DNA of 64,000 bases from a virus (Duplodnaviria > Caudoviricetes): the IMG/VR virus record IMGVR_UViG_3300015607_004160. The stretch is one strand, 5' to 3'. Below the pieces are notes generated by a model. It did no database searches, was not told where the DNA came from, and saw only the letters and a list, made by a program, of their open reading frames with translations. The position numbers and the translations under genes are program-made. This document shows positions 56,525 through 64,000 of this stretch, piece by piece. Position 1 is the first letter of the stretch. Every line of letters starts with the position of its first letter.

Positions 56525-58243
56525 ATGAAATTTGTAGAAATTTCTTTCAGTAAAATAAAAGCTGAGATCGAATCATTTTTAAGACAAGAGCATTCCAAAG
56601 CAGACTTATTATATTCATCCAGTTCACCCTATGGACAAATATTATCGGTAATTGAGAATCTTTTTCAATTGTCCTTTTTATATCTAAAAAACTCAATAAA
56701 ACAATTTGATATAACAGACCCAACATCTGTCAACGAAAGAGTTATTAAAAATGCCGCAATTTATGTAGGTCATATCCCAACAAGACCTATAAGTGCAACA
56801 GGGACAATTAAAATATCTATACGAACAAATGCTGATGTTGAAAAAGATGTTCCGGGTGGTAGAATAACCTTTTCAAATAGACAATTACTTAAAAATAAAA
56901 CTAACGGATTAGACTATTCAATAAACCTAGGATCAGATAAACAAACATATAAAATAACCACTTCATCACTAATGTTTTTACCTATAATACAAGGTAAGTG
57001 GGAAAGAAAAACATTCACAGGAGATGGGACGGAAAATCAAACTCTTCAAGTTACAATTAGGTCTAAACAACAAGGTGTAGAAAATTTTAATTATGAGGTG
57101 CTTGTAGATGGAGAATTTATAACTATTAAAAAACATATTTATGATATGCTTCCTGATGAAAAAGCTTGTGTAGTTAGAACCGGATTTAATGGTGGTATAG
57201 ATATAATATTTGGAAATAGTGGATTTGGATTTATTCCTAAAATTGCATCATTGATAGAAGTTAATTACATTGTTAGTGATGGTGGAGTTGGTTCTATTTT
57301 CAGAAGAACTCCTAATGACTGGACATTTGTTGATCCAGCTATTGATGGATATGGTGAAACTATTGACATTCCAAAAATATTTGATGTTCAAATCTATACA
57401 GATATTAACTTTGGCGCTGATGCCGAAAATGTGCAGTTTACAAAAAATATACTACCTATTGCAAGTAATAATTTTGTGCTAGGTCTTCCACAACAATATG
57501 CCTATCATATAAAAAGACTAGGAGTATTCTCACACGTAAATGCCTATGAAGATAATGGTGTAATATATATTGTAGCAACGCCTAATATTAAATTATTCAA
57601 AAATCAAAACTCTAATTACTTCACAATTGATATCAGAGCTTTTGATTTAGACTCATATGAAATAAGTAAAGTAGACAAATACCTTAAAACAGGCGGAAAC
57701 TTAATGCTAACTCAAAAATATCAAATATCATCTCCATCACTTGCTTATTATGTTATCAATGTATTCATAATGACTTGGTCTGATGCTATTGATGAGAATG
57801 TTAACTCTCAAATAGTTGACACTATTTCTGAATACTTTTTAGATTTAAACAAGATAGATAGAATTCCAAAAAGTGAAATAATAAGTAAATTAAGCACTAT
57901 ACAAGATATACATTCTGTTGATATATCTTTTGTTTGTAGAGAGAATGAAGATTATCATAGGCAAGCAATGTTAGATGACCAGAATAGGAGAAATCAATTC
58001 GCGGCTCAAGATTCTTTAAATTTAGATAGACCTTCTTCTACATATGATTCTAAAAAGATGATCGGTATAGATTCTACTTTAGGTGATATAGTGTTTAACC
58101 CAAGTGATATTCCTATTATTAGAGGTGGTTGGTATGATAGAAATAACATTTACTACTCTGATGATATTGAAAGCAGTGGATTAAAGTCAGTTAATATAAT
58201 TAAGAAGGGTACAGTAGATATTAAAAATAAAAGTCAAGTCTAA
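56525..58243 (+). CDS. Baseplate wedge subunit (T4 gp6-like)
   Basis: GHIPTRPISATG, IIQGK..FTGDG, IIFGN..FG..P, VNYIVSDG, FGADAE. Confidence 0.75.
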   Translation: MKFVEISFSKIKAEIESFLRQEHSKADLLYSSSSPYGQILSVIENLFQLSFLYLKNSIKQFDITDPTSVNERVIKNAAIYVGHIPTRPISATGTIKISIRTNADVEKDVPGGRITFSNRQLLKNKTNGLDYSINLGSDKQTYKITTSSLMFLPIIQGKWERKTFTGDGTENQTLQVTIRSKQQGVENFNYEVLVDGEFITIKKHIYDMLPDEKACVVRTGFNGGIDIIFGNSGFGFIPKIASLIEVNYIVSDGGVGSIFRRTPNDWTFVDPAIDGYGETIDIPKIFDVQIYTDINFGADAENVQFTKNILPIASNNFVLGLPQQYAYHIKRLGVFSHVNAYEDNGVIYIVATPNIKLFKNQNSNYFTIDIRAFDLDSYEISKVDKYLKTGGNLMLTQKYQISSPSLAYYVINVFIMTWSDAIDENVNSQIVDTISEYFLDLNKIDRIPKSEIISKLSTIQDIHSVDISFVCRENEDYHRQAMLDDQNRRNQFAAQDSLNLDRPSSTYDSKKMIGIDSTLGDIVFNPSDIPIIRGGWYDRNNIYYSDDIESSGLKSVNIIKKGTVDIKNKSQV

Positions 58244-58998
58244 TGCTTAATTGGAGTTCATTTAATGAGTCGAAATCCGTAGTAATATACAAAAAAAAGC
58301 CGGATTACCCCTCTAGCAATCATGAGCTAAATCTTGAGTTACTGCAAGATTACTTTCTAAGTATAGAAGACTTGGGGTATAAGTTACTTTTCGAATTAGC
58401 AGTTTATCAAAACAATGAGTGGATGAGTATAAGTTATTGTAATAATGAAACAGTGAATGGAGTTGGATTTTATGTTCATGTTGAAGATATTCTTAACGAT
58501 TCAAAATGGGAAATGCCAGACCTAGAAAGCTTTTCAAAACTAATATCAGAAATAACTGGTATATGTAAAAGAATAACAATAAATTATAAATGTGAATTAT
58601 CGGCAAGTATTGATGACTGGTCCATAAACATTTTTTTTATAAAGTCAGGGACATTATATGATGCCTGTTATATTAGTTATAAGTTTCTAATGGATTACGC
58701 CTCAGAAATATTCAGTACTATTAACTTTCTATTAAACTCAAAAGAATTAGATGAATCAGACATATACTTTATAAAAAAAATCGACTTTATCGAAAGAAAC
58801 AAAAATTATTTTATTGAACTTATCATAAAGGATGAATATATAAAAAATTCAATCTCTGCAAATACTTTTAAATCAATGTTTGAAGAAAATATGGATGATA
58901 TATATGATACACATTATAAATTCGATTCAATTAGCAAAGAGGGAAACAAATATATAATAAAGAACTTCATCTCATCCGATATAAAATTTCAATATTAA
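58243..58998 (+). CDS. Hypothetical protein (N-terminal tag)
   Basis: MLNWSSFNES. Confidence 0.65.
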   Translation: MLNWSSFNESKSVVIYKKKPDYPSSNHELNLELLQDYFLSIEDLGYKLLFELAVYQNNEWMSISYCNNETVNGVGFYVHVEDILNDSKWEMPDLESFSKLISEITGICKRITINYKCELSASIDDWSINIFFIKSGTLYDACYISYKFLMDYASEIFSTINFLLNSKELDESDIYFIKKIDFIERNKNYFIELIIKDEYIKNSISANTFKSMFEENMDDIYDTHYKFDSISKEGNKYIIKNFISSDIKFQY

Positions 58999-59000
58999 AT

Positions 59001-59255
59001 ATGTTATACGAAGAAAGACAATTACCTGAATTATATTATATGAAACATCGTCATGATAATGATACTGACTATGTTGATTATGAAAAAAATGTATTAGATA
59101 AATCCTTATCTCCCTATTTATTTAATAATGATTTAATGAATTCTTTTCTTAAAAAATTAAGAAAACTAGTTTCAATTTTATTTGATCAACATAATGTAAT
59201 TAAGAATTTTAAAAATTATATGGTAGATAAATATTATTTTAAAAACAAAAGCTAA
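59001..59255 (+). CDS. Hypothetical protein
   Basis: 84 aa, in the baseplate operon. Confidence 0.6.
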   Translation: MLYEERQLPELYYMKHRHDNDTDYVDYEKNVLDKSLSPYLFNNDLMNSFLKKLRKLVSILFDQHNVIKNFKNYMVDKYYFKNKS

Positions 59256-59274
59256 TATATATTATAAAAGTTAT

Positions 59275-60924
59275 ATGATATTAACCAAAGAGCTCGAAAT
59301 AAAAGTACAAGCCCCAACACTTAAATACTATAGAACACTGAAATATGATGTTTCAATAGGTGACATAATTATAGTACCCATAAAAAACATAAGGAAATCA
59401 TCAAATTTAAAAATAATGGTTTCTTGTGATGAGTGTGGAATATCCAAAGAGTGTATATATAAAGCATATAATAAACAAATATCTAAATCAATAGATAATA
59501 AATATCGTTGTATCAAATGCTCAATTCCTCATAAAATGATGATTAAATATGGTGTAGATCATTATTCAAAAACGGAAAAATTTAAACAGAAATATAAGAA
59601 TACTTGTTTAGAAAAATATGGTGGACATTATAATAAGCTAGATGAATTTAAGGAAAAAATATTTAGCACAAATTTAGAAAGATATGGGAGTGAATATGTT
59701 ATGCAAAATAGTGAAGTAAAAGATAAGCAGCAGCAAAAAATGATTGATTTATATGGATATACCTGCCCATTAAAAAACCCAAAAATCATTGAAAAGTCTA
59801 ATAATACAATGATGATGAAATATGGGTCAACCTATAGCATGCAAATTAGTGAAATTAAAGATAAAATCATAAAAAATTCATCAGATACTAAAATAAAAAA
59901 AATATTATTAAACTCAAGTATTATTGATGTTGACTATATAAAAAATCTATATAAAGTAAATTGTGAAAGATGTAATAGTATTTATGAAATATCACCACAT
60001 ATGTATTCTATGAGGAAGAAATACAATACCACTATGTGTACCAATTGTAATAAAATAGGAAAATCTGGACATCAAACCTTACTATATGACTTCATTAGGG
60101 AAAATTATGATAAAAATATCATATTAAATACTCGTAGTGTTATAGGTCCTTTAGAATTAGATGTCTATCTACCAGATATAAATATAGCTTTTGAATTTAA
60201 TGGTCTATATTGGCATTCTGAAATATATGTTGATAAGGATTATCATAAATTAAAATCAGATATGTGTAGAAAAATTGGAATACAACTAATACACATATGG
60301 GAAGATGATTGGATATATAAAAGAAATATAGTTAAGTCAATGATTTTAAATAAAATAGGAAAAACAAAAAATCGAATATATGCTAGGAAATGTGAGATTA
60401 AGGAAATAGATGATGTTAAATTAGTAAAAAATTTCCTAGAAGAAAATCACCTTCAAGGATTTATCGGATCAAATATAAAAATTGGACTATTTTATGATAA
60501 GGATTTGGTTAGTTTGATGACCTTTGGAGGACTCAGAAAATCACTTGGACAAACAGGTAAAGAAGGATATTATGAGATGTTGAGGTTGTGTACTGTTCTA
60601 AATACAAATATTATTGGAGGTCCTTCTAAACTATTTAAATATTTCCTGAATAATTATAACCCCAAAGAAATTATTAGTTATGCTGATATATCACATTCTA
60701 TTGGCGGTGTTTATAGAAAAATTGGATTTAATTTTCTATCATATACTTCACCAAACTACTATTATATAGTAGATGGGGTTAGACAACATAGATATAAGTT
60801 TAGAAAGGATAGATTAGTAGAGGATGGTGAAAATATAGATAAATCAGAAAGCGAAATAATGGCTAATCGCGGAATATTTAGAATATATAACTCTGGTAAT
60901 ATTAAATTTACATATAAAAACTAA
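59275..60924 (+). CDS. Homing endonuclease-like protein (KYG repeats, PD-(D/E)xK-like nuclease, C-terminal domain)
   Basis: Repeated T.LEKYG; ELDVYLPD..AFEFNGLYWHS..IHIWEDDW; ENHLQG. Confidence 0.7.
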   Translation: MILTKELEIKVQAPTLKYYRTLKYDVSIGDIIIVPIKNIRKSSNLKIMVSCDECGISKECIYKAYNKQISKSIDNKYRCIKCSIPHKMMIKYGVDHYSKTEKFKQKYKNTCLEKYGGHYNKLDEFKEKIFSTNLERYGSEYVMQNSEVKDKQQQKMIDLYGYTCPLKNPKIIEKSNNTMMMKYGSTYSMQISEIKDKIIKNSSDTKIKKILLNSSIIDVDYIKNLYKVNCERCNSIYEISPHMYSMRKKYNTTMCTNCNKIGKSGHQTLLYDFIRENYDKNIILNTRSVIGPLELDVYLPDINIAFEFNGLYWHSEIYVDKDYHKLKSDMCRKIGIQLIHIWEDDWIYKRNIVKSMILNKIGKTKNRIYARKCEIKEIDDVKLVKNFLEENHLQGFIGSNIKIGLFYDKDLVSLMTFGGLRKSLGQTGKEGYYEMLRLCTVLNTNIIGGPSKLFKYFLNNYNPKEIISYADISHSIGGVYRKIGFNFLSYTSPNYYYIVDGVRQHRYKFRKDRLVEDGENIDKSESEIMANRGIFRIYNSGNIKFTYKN

Positions 60925-60975
60925 AAACCATTATATTTTTTTAATATATAATTTAAATAAAATCAATAAGAACAT

Positions 60976-61632
60976 ATGATTAAGAAGAATGGAGAGACAG
61001 GGAAGGATGTTAAAAGTTCCTTTAAGAGGTTTTCAGATATAAATAAGGGTACAAAGGTTTCTGCAACAGAAGATGACCCTTCTTTAGAAGTTATTCCTGA
61101 AGAGGAAAAGGATTTACCTGCTAATCCAAATCTTCCTGTTGAATCAACAAAGAGGCAGAAAAATAGTTCTACTAGAAGTTTCAAACCACTTGCTGATAAA
61201 CAAAACTACGACAAAGAAGAATCTAATGATTCTATAGATGAAGTTAGTGAAGATCATAAAGTTAAATTATATGGTAAAGTTGCTAAACTTCCTAAAGGAA
61301 CAAAGGCATCTAAAGGATTTAATTTCTTAGAAAATGTTAAAATATCAAAAAATTCCATTTGGTATATCATGGTTGAAAGAGATAATGAATTACAGATGGT
61401 TAAGTATAATTATAAAAAAGGTGTTGATCTTAATAAATTCATAAATGAGTTAAAATCATATTACATATCTAAAAATAAAGGGAACAAAATAATTTGTGAG
61501 CATATATCAAAAATTGCAATTGATGGTAATGATAAGTACTCCATGATTCGAAATATACCTCTTCTTGAACTTGATGGTAAAAAACTAATAACTAAAATTA
61601 CAGAAGATCTAATAAAGCTTCTAAGTAAATAA
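60976..61632 (+). CDS. Hypothetical protein
   Basis: 218 aa; TAATATATA upstream. Confidence 0.65.
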   Translation: MIKKNGETGKDVKSSFKRFSDINKGTKVSATEDDPSLEVIPEEEKDLPANPNLPVESTKRQKNSSTRSFKPLADKQNYDKEESNDSIDEVSEDHKVKLYGKVAKLPKGTKASKGFNFLENVKISKNSIWYIMVERDNELQMVKYNYKKGVDLNKFINELKSYYISKNKGNKIICEHISKIAIDGNDKYSMIRNIPLLELDGKKLITKITEDLIKLLSK

Positions 61633-61681
61633 TGTCAAAAAAAGTATGTATAGACCACCGGTTCAATAAATTTTTACCTTG

Positions 61682-61708
61682 AAAAAACACACCTTTGGTG
61701 TGTTTTTT
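61682..61708. terminator. Bidirectional intrinsic terminator
   Basis: AAAAAACACACC-TTT-GGTGTGTTTTTT between convergent genes. Confidence 0.85.
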
Positions 61709-61955
61709 ATAGTAAACTATCAATTTTCTTATCTCTCTCAAGTGAACTCAGATATAATTTATATTCATCTTCATAATAAATCTTATTAGCAAGTTCCATA
61801 ACTGATTCAAACGCATCTTGTGGATGCGTCATTCCACCAAATTTACCGGATTTAATATCCTCACATTTAATTGAAGTAAGTATAGCAAGAGCAGCTAATA
61901 ACATCTTGCCTTCATCAGTTTCTTGGCTAAATTTTGCAAATTCTATATTTATCAT
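61707..61955 (-). CDS. Hypothetical protein (C-terminal tag)
   Basis: Ends ERDKKIDSLL. Confidence 0.6.
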   Translation of the reverse strand: MINIEFAKFSQETDEGKMLLAALAILTSIKCEDIKSGKFGGMTHPQDAFESVMELANKIYYEDEYKLYLSSLERDKKIDSLL

Positions 61956-62503
61956 AAACTTTCTAATACATATTTAACCCTATCTTCTAACTTAATATCT
62001 GATAAGTCGGTATATTCTATATTTTCAATATCTAAATATGAACGAATACATCTGTCTAATTTTATAATTTGATCTTTATCTTGAAATCTAATCCCGTCTT
62101 CTGTATTATCTAATATTGGATTAACATAATAAATACTACTCCAATAGTTAATTGTTTTAAGTATTTCCTTTTGCATATGATTTATGGTGGCTATCTCTTT
62201 ATTAGTTAACTTACTTGAAAATAAAGATCTAAAATAGAAATAATTTAATAATGAACTAGAATCACAAATAACATAATCTTTAGTACCAAGATACATTCTT
62301 TCACGGTTTAATTGCTTATAGAATATGATCATTTGATCTAATGGTGAGTCCGGAACCCCATATTCAGCTATGAAGTCAGTTGCTGCCTCTGTAACAAATA
62401 TAGAGTTCTTACCAGTCCTTTTCAGTTCTGAATGGATCTGAGAAGCCAAGGTGGACTTTCCAGAACTTGGAGCACCCATTATAGATATCAACCTAGATTT
62501 CAT
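61952..62503 (-). CDS. P-loop kinase/ATPase (NadR/AAA_28-like)
   Basis: GAPSSGKST, VTEAA, VICDS, EDGIR. Confidence 0.75.
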   Translation of the reverse strand: MKSRLISIMGAPSSGKSTLASQIHSELKRTGKNSIFVTEAATDFIAEYGVPDSPLDQMIIFYKQLNRERMYLGTKDYVICDSSSLLNYFYFRSLFSSKLTNKEIATINHMQKEILKTINYWSSIYYVNPILDNTEDGIRFQDKDQIIKLDRCIRSYLDIENIEYTDLSDIKLEDRVKYVLESL

Positions 62504-63682
62504 TTACTTAAAGAATTGTGCGTTGGAATTTATTTTTTGAATATCTTCTGGTGAGAATAAATTTGGACTCTTTCTTACTACATCCATTAGTTCAGTATAG
62601 TTAGCTCTCGCCTCATCTATTCTACCTGTATAGTAACAAGCCGCTGCGTGAGCTTCTAATATTCTCCAAACATATAATGACTCATCAATAAAGAGTAATC
62701 TTTGTGGATAAGGATTCTTATTAAAGAAATTAACCTTACAGAATTTAGAGTATAAGTAAGCCATGTGCCATTCACCAACACTTAGATAATGATCAATTAT
62801 TAATTTAATAGACTCTGCTCTTAAGTTATCCATAGAATAAGCTTTGAGTAAAGCTTGATGTGTTTCATTCCATGGCATCTCCATCATTTTCATAATAGAA
62901 CCAATTCTTAATTGAGAGTAATACCTCTCTTCTTCATATCCATCAGTTCTATTTACCCTTTCTTGATAATATTTTAAAGCTCTTCTCCATCTCTCTTCAT
63001 TCTCTTCACGATTGTTTGGAACAGATGCTGAATCATGATATGATTGAGCAGTATAAAAAATCCATCTTGGATCACGATTAGTTTTATTAATATAGTCTTC
63101 AAGAATAGTCGCGTGACTTTTATATTTTTCAGAAATGTCACTCTTCCAGGATCCACCATCCATCTTAACAATTACTTCAACACCTTCCATTAATCCAGAT
63201 GTAACTTGTTCTTTGCCATCGTAGATGATAAATTCGTGAACAGGTCCATAAAATTTAAATGGCTTATCCAAACGATAAAATTCATTCCTTGTATATTTCA
63301 TTGCTCCAATAGAAGTGTTGAACATATATAAGTCCTTATCGCATTTTTCTTTATTGAAAGTTGGACCAACTACAAGTTGTTCATCAAAATCTAACCATAC
63401 TCCATAGTAAGTATGTCCATCTTTTTTACTAAGAAAAATTTCTCTAGCTTTATCTAAAGAATGGTTTCTTGAATTTTCAAAATTATCAAAGGGTCTAGGT
63501 ATAACATGAGTTTCAATTCCATTATCCTTTCCCCATTTTTCAACAATTTGTATTGAGTCATCTGTTGAACCCGTATCAACTACAACAATACCATCTACAA
63601 AATTTTTTATAGAATTTAACATCCTTTCAGCTACGTGAGCCTCATTTTTCATAATTTGAGTTAATATAATCTTAACAGCCAT
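62504..63682 (-). CDS. Family 2 glycosyltransferase with TPR-like C-terminus
   Basis: IMKNEA, VVDTGSTD, F..SRN, LDFDE, GPVHE, FYTAQSY. Confidence 0.85.
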   Translation of the reverse strand: MAVKIILTQIMKNEAHVAERMLNSIKNFVDGIVVVDTGSTDDSIQIVEKWGKDNGIETHVIPRPFDNFENSRNHSLDKAREIFLSKKDGHTYYGVWLDFDEQLVVGPTFNKEKCDKDLYMFNTSIGAMKYTRNEFYRLDKPFKFYGPVHEFIIYDGKEQVTSGLMEGVEVIVKMDGGSWKSDISEKYKSHATILEDYINKTNRDPRWIFYTAQSYHDSASVPNNREENEERWRRALKYYQERVNRTDGYEEERYYSQLRIGSIMKMMEMPWNETHQALLKAYSMDNLRAESIKLIIDHYLSVGEWHMAYLYSKFCKVNFFNKNPYPQRLLFIDESLYVWRILEAHAAACYYTGRIDEARANYTELMDVVRKSPNLFSPEDIQKINSNAQFFK

Positions 63683-63725
63683 TTTAAATCTTATTTTTTA
63701 TTTATATGAATCCTTAAAATTAAGT

Positions 63726-63995
63726 TTAGAAATCATATTTATTTATATCCATGTTTACCTCTTTAACTGAATACTCAGTAGTAGTTTTTTGATAACCATC
63801 TATTTCAATTATCATATCTTTGGTGACCTTTACTCTAATATTTTCAAAATTGTCAAATATTAATTGACATGCATTATAGACTTTTTCTTCCATTTCAAAC
63901 ATTTCCATATCACTATCAAAAGACATATCAATTGTTATATTAAACTGTGATGGCATATTGTTCAATAATTTTTTTAAGATATTCACCATATCCAC
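63726..63995 (-). CDS. Hypothetical protein, possibly 5'-truncated by the window
   Basis: ORF reaches the window edge. Confidence 0.45.
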   Translation of the reverse strand: MDMVNILKKLLNNMPSQFNITIDMSFDSDMEMFEMEEKVYNACQLIFDNFENIRVKVTKDMIIEIDGYQKTTTEYSVKEVNMDINKYDF

Positions 63996-64000
63996 TTTTA

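Noticed and set aside
1-64000. Genome-wide stop-codon reassignment
   Set aside because: Long genes are intact in code 11, and TGA and TAG end genes at expected positions (iscU and dnaJ with TGA)
1-64000. tRNA genes or CRISPR arrays
   Set aside because: None recognised by eye; repeats found are coding or promoter duplicates. A tRNA scan was not run.

Overview
A 64-kb, very AT-rich, densely coding segment of a huge (jumbo or mega) T4-like tailed phage that uses standard code 11. T4-like markers are a gp46-type SMC ATPase and a gp6-like baseplate wedge. The host is probably a Bacteroidota bacterium, judged from TTTG-N18-20-TAnnTTTG promoters, a Bacteroidota-type bS21, an Hc1-type histone-like protein and the general lack of Shine-Dalgarno sites. 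Contents: collagen-like and solenoid virion proteins, nucleotide salvage enzymes (DeoC, Prs, Dut, Gmk, MazG-like), IscU, three Dam-like methylases, several homing endonucleases, an intein-containing DnaJ, an M15 endolysin and many small ORFs. Main observations: (1) a release-factor gene (PxT and GGQ motifs) split by one in-frame UGA-CUA codon and only partly called in the ORF track; (2) a leucyl-tRNA synthetase lacking its editing domain, under a complete Leu-codon attenuator, next to a stand-alone CysRS anticodon domain with a Cys-Cys leader peptide; (3) two mutually exclusive short tags on unrelated proteins: an N-terminal MK-x-K-x-F-x-E tag like the T4 capsid-targeting sequence (about 18 ORFs, including DeoC and a nuclease) and a C-terminal R-D/E/N-x-K-I-x-x-I-L tag (about 14 ORFs); (4) degenerate mini-copies of terminase and of the major-capsid C-terminus; (5) an intein inside a DnaJ zinc-finger CxxC. 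All family calls come from motif recognition by eye; no database searches were run.
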